This document shows positions 47,185 to 57,116 of a stretch of DNA of 64,000 nucleotides, in pieces. The position numbers and the translations under genes are program-made. Within the stretch, counting starts at the first letter, position 1. Each line of letters begins with the position of its first letter. The DNA is taken from assembly GCA_944376455.1 (NCBI GenBank), contig CALWCO010000003.1, positions 12,979 through 76,978 on the forward strand. The letters are read 5' to 3'. Under the pieces are notes generated by a model. The model searched no databases. It saw only the letters and a list, made by a program, of their open reading frames with translations, and was not told where the DNA came from. This DNA comes from an uncultured Clostridia bacterium. GTDB lineage: Bacteria > Bacillota > Clostridia > Christensenellales > Borkfalkiaceae.

Positions 47185-48543
47185 TTAACCGTTCGTCAAA
47201 GCAGCGGCATCCGCCGCGGCGGCACTGCCGTATTTTTTCACGGCCAACGCGTACATGGCGCACTCGATGCGCTTTTTCATCATAGCGCAAGTGATGGCGT
47301 AAGGCTCTTCGATGTCGCCGTTAAAATGGTAATTGTTGGCGCTGCAACCGCCCGAACAGATGAATTTGGCGAAACATCCGTCGCACTTTTTACGGGTAAA
47401 GAGGCAGGAATTCTTGAATTTTTCACGGATATCCTTTCTTTCTATGCCCGTATACACGCTGCCCATGCGAAAATCCTTGTCCCCCGCGAACTGATGGCAG
47501 GGATAGATGTCGCCGTTCGGTACGACGGAGAAATATTCATTGCCCGCGCCGCACGCGCTCACCCGCTTGGCGAGGCAGGGCCCGCCCTCCAGGTCGATGT
47601 TGAAATGGAAGAAGTTAAATCCCTTGCCTTCGGCATAACGGCGGAGATACTCGTCGCAGAGTTTTTCGTATTCCGCCTCGATGACGGGCAGATGTTCCTG
47701 TCGTATCTGCAGATCGGGCAGATCTGTGACCACGGGTTCCATGGATATGGAGTCCACGCCCTGATCGGCGATGAAGAGTACGTCTTTGGAAAAATCGAGA
47801 TTTTTGGCCGTGAACGTGCCGCGGACGTAATAGCTCTTGTCCCCGCGCAGAGAAATGAATTTTTTGATCTTCGGCAGGATGAGATCGAGCGTCCCTTTGC
47901 CGTTGACGCTCTTGCGGATGGCGTCGTGCACCTCCTTGCGTCCGTCGAGGGAGAGGACGACGTTTTCCATTTCCCTGTTGAAGAAATCGATGACCTCGTC
48001 GTTCAGAAGCAGTCCGTTGGTCGTCGTGGTGAAGAGGAACTTCTTGCCGCATTCCGCCCCGCGCTTGCGGGCATAAGCAACCGTCTCCTTGATCACCTCG
48101 AAATTCATGAGCGGCTCGCCGCCGAAAAAGTCGGCTTCCAACACCTTCCGCTTCCCGCTGTTTTCAATGAGAAAATCGATCGCCTTTTTGGCGGTTTCCG
48201 CAGACATGCTCTCACGCTTTGCGTGATAGGCGCCTTCATCGGCGAAACAGTAACGGCAACGGAAATTGCAGTCGTGGCAGACGTGCAGACAGAGCGCCTT
48301 GACCTCGTCGCTCTTGATCGGCCGCGCCGACGTCTCTTCCTTGAAAAGCAATCCTTCAGCTTTCAGCCCTTCGACGTCCGCCACGGCGGCGGCGATCTCT
48401 TCATCCGTAAGATACGTAATGTCCGCTTCCTGTCCCGTCAGGCTTTTCAGATAGTCGGCGGTCGCCTTGTCGCATTCGTGCAGAGAACTGCTGCCCGTGT
48501 CGAATATATAATTTTTGTCCCTGTAATTGAAAACGTGTACCAT
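47185..48543 (-). CDS. scfB: SCIFF radical SAM/SPASM peptide maturase
   Basis: 452-aa ORF; CHDCNFRCRYCFA radical-SAM cluster, C-terminal SPASM Cys array (CDGCFAKFICSGGCSANNY); located downstream of a SCIFF precursor gene. Confidence 0.9.
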   Translation of the reverse strand: MVHVFNYRDKNYIFDTGSSSLHECDKATADYLKSLTGQEADITYLTDEEIAAAVADVEGLKAEGLLFKEETSARPIKSDEVKALCLHVCHDCNFRCRYCFADEGAYHAKRESMSAETAKKAIDFLIENSGKRKVLEADFFGGEPLMNFEVIKETVAYARKRGAECGKKFLFTTTTNGLLLNDEVIDFFNREMENVVLSLDGRKEVHDAIRKSVNGKGTLDLILPKIKKFISLRGDKSYYVRGTFTAKNLDFSKDVLFIADQGVDSISMEPVVTDLPDLQIRQEHLPVIEAEYEKLCDEYLRRYAEGKGFNFFHFNIDLEGGPCLAKRVSACGAGNEYFSVVPNGDIYPCHQFAGDKDFRMGSVYTGIERKDIREKFKNSCLFTRKKCDGCFAKFICSGGCSANNYHFNGDIEEPYAITCAMMKKRIECAMYALAVKKYGSAAAADAAALTNG

Positions 48544-48909
48544 AAAAATCCTTCTTTTTCTCCCTGCCGCACGGAATTTTCCACCCGTTCGCGCTTGTCC
48601 CGCGTCCGCATCTCCCCCCCTCTCTCGTCAAACACGCCGAACAGGCGAACGGATCGAACGGATTAAACGGGCAAACGAATACGGACATAAACGAAATCCA
48701 CCCGACAAACGGACGGAGATTGGGCGAAAAGCCCGTATACGCCAAATCAAGGAGCAGCAGATTCCGCCGCTCCCTGACGCTTTTTCTTCTTTTTTTGTTT
48801 TCCGCCTTACGGCGGGAGTCGTTATGCTTGCGCAAACACGAACGAAAAGAGCGCGCCGAAAATTCACCGACGGGTTCTCTCTCCCGGCGTTCTTTCTTCC
48901 CTTCTGTTC

Positions 48910-49068
48910 TTACTTTTCGAGTTTTTCGATGTTCTGTTCTCTCGTAACGCGTTCGCAAGACTGGTTGCCGACCGTGCAGCTGGTCTTGCAGGCGGACTGA
49001 CAGGTGCTTCTGCACTCACCGCAAGCGGTTACCTTTCTTTCGGCGGGTTTGGCAATGGTTCTGATCAT
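48910..49068 (-). CDS. scfA: SCIFF (six-cysteines-in-forty-five) ribosomal peptide precursor, 52 aa
   Basis: Internal ATG 49068 behind AGGAGG. MIRTIAKPAERKVTACGECRSTCQSACKTSCTVGNQSCERVTREQNIEKLEK carries the GECxxxCQSACKTSCTVxNQxCE SCIFF core. Confidence 0.9.
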   Translation of the reverse strand: MIRTIAKPAERKVTACGECRSTCQSACKTSCTVGNQSCERVTREQNIEKLEK

Positions 49069-49223
49069 GATAAAAATCCTCCTGATAATGAATGTTACTG
49101 CGTACGGCGCAGGAATAAAAACCCTTCTTCTCGGCCCCGACAGGCGCGGCCACTCTGCTCCGCGTACTTTGTTCGCGGGCGGAAAAGTCGTTTCACTCTC
49201 CGCGTCGGATGATGTATACATTC

Positions 49224-49252
49224 ATTATATACTACCGTGCGAAAAATTGCAA
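49224..49252 (-). promoter_or_regulatory. sigma-A promoter for scfA (implies a ~150-nt leader)
   Basis: Minus strand reads TTGCAA (49252-49247), a 17-nt spacer, then TATAAT (49229-49224). Confidence 0.65.
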
Positions 49253-49377
49253 GTGTTTTTTTCCTTTTGGTGGTTTATTTGTTTTTTATCCTCTCTATTC
49301 CGCTTTGCAACCCCTTCTCCTCTCCGTTTTTCGCCGTTCTGCCGCCACCTCGCGCATCCGCTCCGCGGCGGAAAGGA

Positions 49378-49758
49378 TCAATGATGCAGATTGACCGCCA
49401 CGACGCCCGAAACGACGCCCGCAACCAGTCCGAACAGCAATTCAAGCAAAACGGTCCAGTTCCAATCGAAGCCGCCCGCCATCAGCGAAAAAATCACATA
49501 CGCACAAGCGACCGAGAGTATGCCCGCAATTCCCCCTTTGAGCCAGCCCTTATTGTCCGACAGGCCGAGAATACAGCCGAGCAACACCCCCGCCGCCTTG
49601 ATGACCTGATTGACGGGCATAATCACCGACGACGGCAACGCCGCGATTTTGATGATGAAGGCAAACACCAAAACCGCCGCAAGAAAGAACGCCACCGCCA
49701 CGGCGACCGCTTTCCCCACTTCCAGTGCGCCCTTTTTGACCCCTTCTGCGTTTTCCAT
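49378..49758 (-). CDS. small 4-TM membrane protein (TIGR04086/YrzE-like, tentative)
   Basis: Start set to ATG 49758 (MENAEGVKKGALEVGKAVAVAVAFFLAAVLVF..); Gly/Ala/Val-rich TM segments. Confidence 0.6.
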   Translation of the reverse strand: MENAEGVKKGALEVGKAVAVAVAFFLAAVLVFAFIIKIAALPSSVIMPVNQVIKAAGVLLGCILGLSDNKGWLKGGIAGILSVACAYVIFSLMAGGFDWNWTVLLELLFGLVAGVVSGVVAVNLHH

Positions 49759-49837
49759 AGACAAAAAATACCTCCGCAAGGATTTTCTACTATCCTATGC
49801 GGAGGCATTGCCCGTTATTCTGTTTCAGAGGCAACGA

Positions 49838-50293
49838 TTACTTTTTATCGTCGGTATCCGCGCCCTCTTCGGTATTTTTTTTGCTCTTTTCGTCGGCGGA
49901 TTTGTCGTCGGACGCATCCTCTTTGCCGCCGTCTTTCTTTTCGTCGGTCTTTTCAACCTTTGCATCGGTCTGATAAATTGCAGCTTTATCAAATCTCAAA
50001 TACGATTTGCCGTTGACTTCATTGCCCGTTTCAAGAACGAAAGTATTGTCATCATCGTTGATTTCGACAACAATACCGCAAACGCCGCCGACCGTTTTCA
50101 CCTTATTCCCGGGGCGAAGGGCGTTAAGCGCCTCTTCTTGTTCCTTCTGACGTTTTTTATTGCTGCGGCTCGTAAGAAACATCATGACGACAAACGCCGC
50201 AACGAGTAGAATGACCAGACCCCAGGTCATCCAATCGCTACCTGCCGTCGTCGAAGAAGAGCCGCTCAGAAGATTCATGATAAAAAATTCCAT
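49838..50293 (-). CDS. yajC: preprotein translocase subunit YajC with Lys/Asp/Glu-rich tail
   Basis: Single TM then RSNKKRQKEQEEALNALRPGNKVKTVGGVCGIVVEI (YajC core). Confidence 0.88.
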   Translation of the reverse strand: MEFFIMNLLSGSSSTTAGSDWMTWGLVILLVAAFVVMMFLTSRSNKKRQKEQEEALNALRPGNKVKTVGGVCGIVVEINDDDNTFVLETGNEVNGKSYLRFDKAAIYQTDAKVEKTDEKKDGGKEDASDDKSADEKSKKNTEEGADTDDKK

Positions 50294-50443
50294 TTTTTCC
50301 TAACTCCGAATTTTTATTTTTTTGAAACACCGTACGGCGAACTCCGCTCGGTATATTCAATATAATATCCGTTTTACCCGATTTTGGCAAGTGATTATTT
50401 GCCGTATTCGGTCGATTTTTCATTTTTTCATCAAATGTTCACG

Positions 50444-51685
<1,242 letters not shown>

Positions 51686-51764
51686 TCAAACGCGGGCATG
51701 CCCGCGGCAACGCATAGCGTCCCGCCGCACAAAAAACCGCGACACATCGCGACAAAGTACCCGT

Positions 51765-52808
51765 TCAGTGAATGAACATCGCGTCGCCGAAGGAGAAAAA
51801 GCGATATTTTTCCCGCACCGCCGTTTCATAGACGTGCAGAATTTCCTCCCGACCCGTCATGCAGGCAACGAGCATGATGAGCGTGCTCTCGGGCAGGTGA
51901 AAATTGGTGATGAGCGCGTCCACGCATTTCATTTGATAGGGCGGATAGAGAAAAATTTCCGTATTGCCGTGGCAGGGGTATACCATGCCCTTTTCGTCCG
52001 CTACCGTTTCCAGCGTCCGCACCGAGGTCGTGCCGACGGCGACGACGCGGCGCCCCTCCCGCTTGGCGGCATTGATGATCTCTGCCGCGTCTTCGGGAAT
52101 TTCATAGTATTCGGAATGCATTTTGTGTTCGGTGATGATGTCCTCTTTGACGGGACGGAAAGTGCCCAGCCCCACATGCAGGAGCACTTCGGCAATCTGC
52201 ACGCCCTTATCCCTGATTTTTTGCAAAAGGCCTTCCGTAAAATGCAACCCCGCCGTCGGGGCGGCGGCAGAACCGTCCGTTTCGGAATAGACGGTGTTAT
52301 ACCGCTGTTGATCCTTTAATTTCTCTTTTATATAGGGCGGCAAAGGCATGGTGCCGACCTTTTGCAAAATTTCCTCGAATACGCCGTCATAGGAAAATTC
52401 GACGACGCGCTCCCCGCTGTCCGTGATGTCTTTGACGGTGAAGCACAATTCGTCGCTCACGGCAAAGCGCGCGCCGACCTTGCCCTTTTTCCCGGGGTGC
52501 ATGAGCACTTCCCAAGTGTTGATGTCGTATCGCTTCAAAAGCAATACTTCCACCACGCCGCCGTGTTCGGTGCGGGCGTACATTCTTGCGGGAATCACGC
52601 GGGTCTTGTTGAGCACGAGCACGTCCCCCGCGCGGAGATAATCGACAACGTCGCGGAAAATTTTATGCTCGATCTCCCCTGTCTTGCGGTCATACACGAG
52701 CAGGCGCGAGGAATCGCGCGGCTCCGCAGGCGTCTGCGCGATTCGTTCTTCGGGCAGATCGTAATAAAAATCACTCTTTCTGTACTGTATCTTTTCCTTT
52801 TCTTCCAT
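51765..52808 (-). CDS. queA: S-adenosylmethionine:tRNA ribosyltransferase-isomerase
   Basis: 347-aa ORF; [24 protein letters not shown].., ..[10 protein letters not shown].., ..[10 protein letters not shown]. Confidence 0.95.
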   Translation of the reverse strand: MEEKEKIQYRKSDFYYDLPEERIAQTPAEPRDSSRLLVYDRKTGEIEHKIFRDVVDYLRAGDVLVLNKTRVIPARMYARTEHGGVVEVLLLKRYDINTWEVLMHPGKKGKVGARFAVSDELCFTVKDITDSGERVVEFSYDGVFEEILQKVGTMPLPPYIKEKLKDQQRYNTVYSETDGSAAAPTAGLHFTEGLLQKIRDKGVQIAEVLLHVGLGTFRPVKEDIITEHKMHSEYYEIPEDAAEIINAAKREGRRVVAVGTTSVRTLETVADEKGMVYPCHGNTEIFLYPPYQMKCVDALITNFHLPESTLIMLVACMTGREEILHVYETAVREKYRFFSFGDAMFIH

Positions 52809-52966
52809 ATTCTTTTCCTGCGTCCTTTGCTCTGCACGTCCTCCACCCGATTTGCCGAAGGAAGATGTTCCCTTCGGCTGGGTTACAAGGGGCGATGCCC
52901 TTATTTTTTTATCTTTCTGTAAGGTTTTCGTTTACGGATCAATCGCTTTCTGCGGGGGATTTCTTA

Positions 52967-53048
52967 CGCGGGAACGCTGTTCCCGCGCGCTTCGGCTTTT
53001 CTTTACGGAGGGCGCCGCCCTCCGCCCATTCAAGGGACATCGCCCCTT
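52967..53048. repeat. degenerate solo copy of the 98-bp three-hairpin module (same family as 33825-34215)
   Basis: CGCGGGAAC-GCT-GTTCCCGCG, GGAGGGCG-C-CGCCCTCC, TTCAAGGGACATCGCCCCTTAAAA align with the unit. The central palindrome differs by 3 fully compensated base pairs. Confidence 0.7.
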
Positions 53049-53085
53049 AAAACTCCCGAGTCGCCCGCTTCTGCGGGCGAAAATG

Positions 53086-54150
53086 CTATTCTTTCAAGTC
53101 GTCGAAAATCGAAAGGTTTCTCACCGTCTTTTCGGACATGGGCATGCCCAGATGCGCATAGCCGCCCTTTAAGAGCATTCTGCCGCGCGGCGTGCGGGCA
53201 ATGAAACCGAGCTGCAACAAATAGGGCTCATATACGTCCTCAATGGTATTCGTATCTTCGTTGATGGTCGCCGCCAGCGTGTCCAGCCCCACGGGACCGC
53301 CGCCGAACTTTTCCGCCATGGCCAAAAGCAGGTTCCTGTCCGTACCGTCCAACCCCAACTCATCGATGTCGAGCTGTTTCAAGGCGTATTTCGCATCTTC
53401 CAAAGTAACGCGGCTGTCGCCGCGAACGGACGCAAAATCGCGTACGCGCTTCAAAAGACGGTTGGCGATACGGGGCGTGCCGCGGCTTCTGCCGGCGATC
53501 TCCTTCGCCGCTTCGGGCGCGATGGCGATGCCCAAAGCCTTCGCCGAACGCGTGACGATCAAGCCCAGTTCCTCGGGCGTGTACATATCCAACCGCGCGA
53601 GAATACCGAAACGGTCCCGCAGGGGCGAGGACAAATTCCCCGCCTTGGTCGTCGCGCCGATGAGCGTGAATTTTTTGAGCGAAAAACGCATGTTCCGCGC
53701 CGAAGGGCCCTTGCCGAGAATGATATCCAAGGCATAGTCCTCCATGGCGGAATATAAAATTTCCTCCACCGAGCGGTTGAGACGATGAATTTCATCGATG
53801 AACAGCACGTCCCTTTCCCCGAGGTTGGTCAGAATGGCCGCAAGATCCCCGCTCCGCTCGATGGCGGGACCGCTGGTCAGCTTGATCTGCGTGCCCATCT
53901 CCGCCGCGATGATGTGCGCGAGCGTGGTCTTGCCGAGCCCGGGGGGGCCGTATAAAAGAATATGATCGAGCGCCTCGCCGCGCTGCTTGGCGGCGGCGAT
54001 ATACACCGCGAGGTTGTCTTTTAATTTCTGTTGTCCGACATATTCGGACATTGTCTTGGGACGCAGGACGTTCTCTTCGGCGTCCTCCTCACTCTTGGTG
54101 CTCATCACCAACCGTTCGTCCGTATAATTGTTGTCGTAATCGTCAAACAC
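53086..54150 (-). CDS. ruvB: Holliday junction branch migration helicase RuvB
   Basis: Walker [12 protein letters not shown], Walker [10 protein letters not shown], sensor regions. Confidence 0.96.
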   Translation of the reverse strand: MFDDYDNNYTDERLVMSTKSEEDAEENVLRPKTMSEYVGQQKLKDNLAVYIAAAKQRGEALDHILLYGPPGLGKTTLAHIIAAEMGTQIKLTSGPAIERSGDLAAILTNLGERDVLFIDEIHRLNRSVEEILYSAMEDYALDIILGKGPSARNMRFSLKKFTLIGATTKAGNLSSPLRDRFGILARLDMYTPEELGLIVTRSAKALGIAIAPEAAKEIAGRSRGTPRIANRLLKRVRDFASVRGDSRVTLEDAKYALKQLDIDELGLDGTDRNLLLAMAEKFGGGPVGLDTLAATINEDTNTIEDVYEPYLLQLGFIARTPRGRMLLKGGYAHLGMPMSEKTVRNLSIFDDLKE

Positions 54151-54247
54151 GATGCCACCTCCGCGACGAACCGCTTGCCGCGCCGCCGCTCTCTACGCTC
54201 TTCGCGCTTTTCGCGCTCTCATAACCAAAATTGTATCCGATTGATTT

Positions 54248-54853
54248 TTACATACCCGACAGGGCGGTGCGGATGATGTCCTCCAGCCCGCTCGCGCCCT
54301 TTTCATGCGCGCGTTTGACGGCGTTGACGCACTCGTTGCGGGTGAAGCCCAAGCCTACAAGCGCGGAAATGGCTTCCTCGTCGATTTCGGACATGGGCGC
54401 GGCCTTTTGCGCTTTGGACGCGTTTTCGCCGTTCGCCGCGAGCAGTTCTTCCGCCGAAACTTTGCCGTGCAGTTCCAGAACGATTTTTTCCGCCGTGCGC
54501 TTGCCCAGTCCCTTGACCGAGCTGAGCCGCTTGACGTCCGCCGACGCAATGCACGCCGCCACGTCCGCCGCGCGCATACCCGTCAGAACGCCGATGGCGA
54601 GCTTGGGCCCCACCCCCGAAACGGAGATGAGATCGAGAAACACCTGTTTCTCGGCGAGAGATTCAAAGCCGTACAGCGTCAGACCGTCCTCTTTGACCTG
54701 CAGATAGGTGTACACTTCCGCTTCGCGGCGGTCATTCTGCATGGCGGCAAACGCCGCGCCCGAGCAAAATACTTCATATCCCACGCCGTTGTTTTCGATG
54801 ATGGCGCTTTCCGCAGTCATGGCAAGCACTTTGCCTTTCAGATAGGCTATCAT
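54248..54853 (-). CDS. ruvA: Holliday junction DNA-binding protein RuvA
   Basis: MIAYLKGKV.., HhH motifs LISVSGVGPKLA and LSSVKGLGKRTAEKIV. Confidence 0.95.
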   Translation of the reverse strand: MIAYLKGKVLAMTAESAIIENNGVGYEVFCSGAAFAAMQNDRREAEVYTYLQVKEDGLTLYGFESLAEKQVFLDLISVSGVGPKLAIGVLTGMRAADVAACIASADVKRLSSVKGLGKRTAEKIVLELHGKVSAEELLAANGENASKAQKAAPMSEIDEEAISALVGLGFTRNECVNAVKRAHEKGASGLEDIIRTALSGM

Positions 54854-55410
54854 ACATCCTCCTTACGAAACGACGAAACCGCCGCCGTATTTTTCCCGCG
54901 GGTGCGGGTCATATTTTCCACGGCGAACAGACCGCCGAACCGCGCGGTATGCGCGTGGCAGAGCGCCGCCGCCAATGCGTCCGCCGCGTCGTCGGGGCGC
55001 GGAATGCTCTTCAACCGCAATATGGACGCGACCACCTGTTGCATCTGCTGTTTGTCCGCCTTGCCGTAACCCGTCAACGCCTGTTTTATCTGCATGGGCG
55101 TATATTCGAACAACCTGCCGCAACGTTTGACGCAGGTGAGCAGAATGACCCCGCGCGCCTGTGCCACGGCGATACCCGTGGTGATGTTCTTGGTGAAAAA
55201 CAGCTCCTCTACCGCCACTTCTTCGGGGGAAAACTTGTCCAGAATGCGATTGACCCCCTCTTCGAGCATGGCGAGCCGAACGGGCAGGCTCTCGTCCTTC
55301 GGCGTCGTCACCACGCCGTAATCGAGCGCGGCCGTGTTCCCGTCCTTCCGTTTTTCCACAACCCCGTATCCCATCGTGGCGATACCGGGGTCGATTCCCA
55401 AAATAATCAC
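54850..55410 (-). CDS. ruvC: crossover junction endodeoxyribonuclease RuvC
   Basis: MIILGIDPGIATMGYGVV.. RNase H-fold start; 4-nt overlap with ruvA. Confidence 0.93.
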   Translation of the reverse strand: MIILGIDPGIATMGYGVVEKRKDGNTAALDYGVVTTPKDESLPVRLAMLEEGVNRILDKFSPEEVAVEELFFTKNITTGIAVAQARGVILLTCVKRCGRLFEYTPMQIKQALTGYGKADKQQMQQVVASILRLKSIPRPDDAADALAAALCHAHTARFGGLFAVENMTRTRGKNTAAVSSFRKEDV

Positions 55411-55429
55411 AAATACTTCCTCAAATGAC

Positions 55430-55458
55430 TTGATAATTGCACAAAAAAATAGTAAAAT
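55430..55458 (+). promoter_or_regulatory. sigma-A promoter for argH
   Basis: TTGATA, a 17-nt spacer, then TAAAAT. Confidence 0.6.
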
Positions 55459-55521
55459 ATCAGTATATCTATTTTACCCGAACGGGGCAAATAAGTCAAT
55501 GGATTTTACGGAGATACGACT

Positions 55522-56910
55522 ATGAAATTATGGGAAGGCAGGTTTGCACAGGCAACGGCGGCGGACGCCGACGCGTTCAATGAATGTTTGTCCTTCGACA
55601 GAAAACTGTATGCGCAGGATATCCGCGGCTCGATCGCGCACGCCACCATGCTGGGCGAATGCGGCATTCTGACCAAAGAGGAGAGCGGCGTCATCTGCGA
55701 GGGACTGGAATCCATCCTGCGCGACATCGAAAGCGGCGCGCTTGCGGTGGAAGGCTATGAAGACATTCACTCTTTCGTCGAAACGACGCTGGTCGAACGC
55801 ATCGGAGATACGGGCAAAAAACTGCACACCGCCCGTTCGCGCAACGATCAGGTTGCGACCGATTTCCGCCTCTACGTCATGGATTCCATCAACCGCATGG
55901 GCGACGCGCTTGGAAACATGATCGAAGTACTCCTGAAAAAGGCAAAGGCATCTTTGGGACATATCATGCCCGGATATACCCACCTCAGAAAGGCACAGCC
56001 CATCAACTGCGCGCAATATTTCAACGCCTATTCGGAAATGTTCCTGCGCGATCTCGAACGCCTGCACGACTGCAAAGCGCGCACTTCGGTCATGCCCCTC
56101 GGCAGCGGCGCGTTGGCGGGCACGAGTTATCCCATTGACCGCGAAATCACGCGCAAACTTTTGGGATTTGAACGCATTTCGCAAAATTCCCTCGACGCCG
56201 TTTCCGACCGCGATTTCGTCGCCGAATATATCTTCTGTTTAAGTCTCATCTCGGCGCACCTCTCCCGACTCTGTGAAGACACCATTTTGTACACCTCCAC
56301 GGAGTTCGGGTTCTGGGAAATGCCCGACGCCTATTCCACCGGTTCCTCCATCATGCCGCAAAAGAAGAACCCCGACATCTCCGAGCTGGTGCGCGGCAAG
56401 ACAGGCAGAGTGTACGGGCATCTCATGGCCATTCTGACGGTCATCAAGGGCATTCCCCTTGCCTATAACAAAGACCTGCAGGAGGATAAGGAAGGCTTGT
56501 TCGACGCGGAAAAGACCGTTCTGGATTGCCTGACGATCTATGCCAATATGTTGGACGCCATCGGCCTGAACTTCGACCGCATGGCGGTCGCCGCCGAAGA
56601 GGACTTCACCTGCGCCACCGACGTCGCCGATTATCTCGCCAAAAAGGGGCTCCCCTTCCGCACGGCGCACGGCGTAACGGGCAAACTGGTGCGCTATTGT
56701 CTGGATAACGATACTACATTGGACAAGGTACCCATGTCCGTGTACAAAGAGATGAACGCGCTGTTTGACGAAGACATTCTGCGCATCGTGAAAGCCCCCC
56801 ATTCGGCCAACGAGCGCAACAGCGTGGGCGGCAGTTCCCGTACCATGGCGCGCGAAGGCATTTCTTCTTTGGAAGAACGGCTGGACGCACTGCGGAGCAA
56901 GAGAAAGTGA
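55522..56910 (+). CDS. argH: argininosuccinate lyase
   Basis: 462-aa ORF; MKLWEGRF.., fumarate-lyase signature GSSIMPQKKNPD. Confidence 0.96.
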   Translation: MKLWEGRFAQATAADADAFNECLSFDRKLYAQDIRGSIAHATMLGECGILTKEESGVICEGLESILRDIESGALAVEGYEDIHSFVETTLVERIGDTGKKLHTARSRNDQVATDFRLYVMDSINRMGDALGNMIEVLLKKAKASLGHIMPGYTHLRKAQPINCAQYFNAYSEMFLRDLERLHDCKARTSVMPLGSGALAGTSYPIDREITRKLLGFERISQNSLDAVSDRDFVAEYIFCLSLISAHLSRLCEDTILYTSTEFGFWEMPDAYSTGSSIMPQKKNPDISELVRGKTGRVYGHLMAILTVIKGIPLAYNKDLQEDKEGLFDAEKTVLDCLTIYANMLDAIGLNFDRMAVAAEEDFTCATDVADYLAKKGLPFRTAHGVTGKLVRYCLDNDTTLDKVPMSVYKEMNALFDEDILRIVKAPHSANERNSVGGSSRTMAREGISSLEERLDALRSKRK

Positions 56911-57009
56911 TTTTTCGGCGCGTCCGCTGACGAGGTCATAAGACGCGCGATGTATCGTTCGGCATAAAATCGGAACGGCGGAAAATTTTCCGATTCTTTC
57001 CGTACAGTC

Positions 57010-57047
57010 AAAGCGCCCGCCGCAACAGTTGTTGCGGCGGGCGCTTT
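57010..57047. terminator. bidirectional terminator between convergent argH and cls
   Basis: 18-bp stem AAAGCGCCCGCCGCAACA/TGTTGCGGCGGGCGCTTT with A/T runs forming the stem base. Confidence 0.75.
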
Positions 57048-57111
57048 GTATTCGTTTTGTATTCGCTTTGTATTCGCTTTATATTCGTTCTGCATTCGTT
57101 TGCAATCCGTT
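57046..57111. repeat. 6 x 11-bp tandem repeat (TTGTATTCGYT and decaying variants)
   Basis: TTGTATTCGTT TTGTATTCGCT TTGTATTCGCT TTATATTCGTT CTGCATTCGTT TGCAATCCGTT, between the cls stop and the terminator. Confidence 0.9.
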
Positions 57112-57116
57112 TTCCG

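Noticed and set aside
48401-49015. 204-aa very basic ORF spanning the scfA-scfB spacer and overlapping both genes.
   Set aside because: It is out of frame with two well-supported genes, has an extreme Arg/Lys composition and no RBS at its start. Only its internal Cys-rich part is mentioned as a doubtful candidate in the SCIFF finding.
56694-57095. 133-aa ORF with repeated NEYK peptides antisense to the argH 3' end.
   Set aside because: The peptide repeats are a by-product of the 11-bp DNA repeat read in shifting frames. The ORF overlaps argH and the bidirectional terminator.
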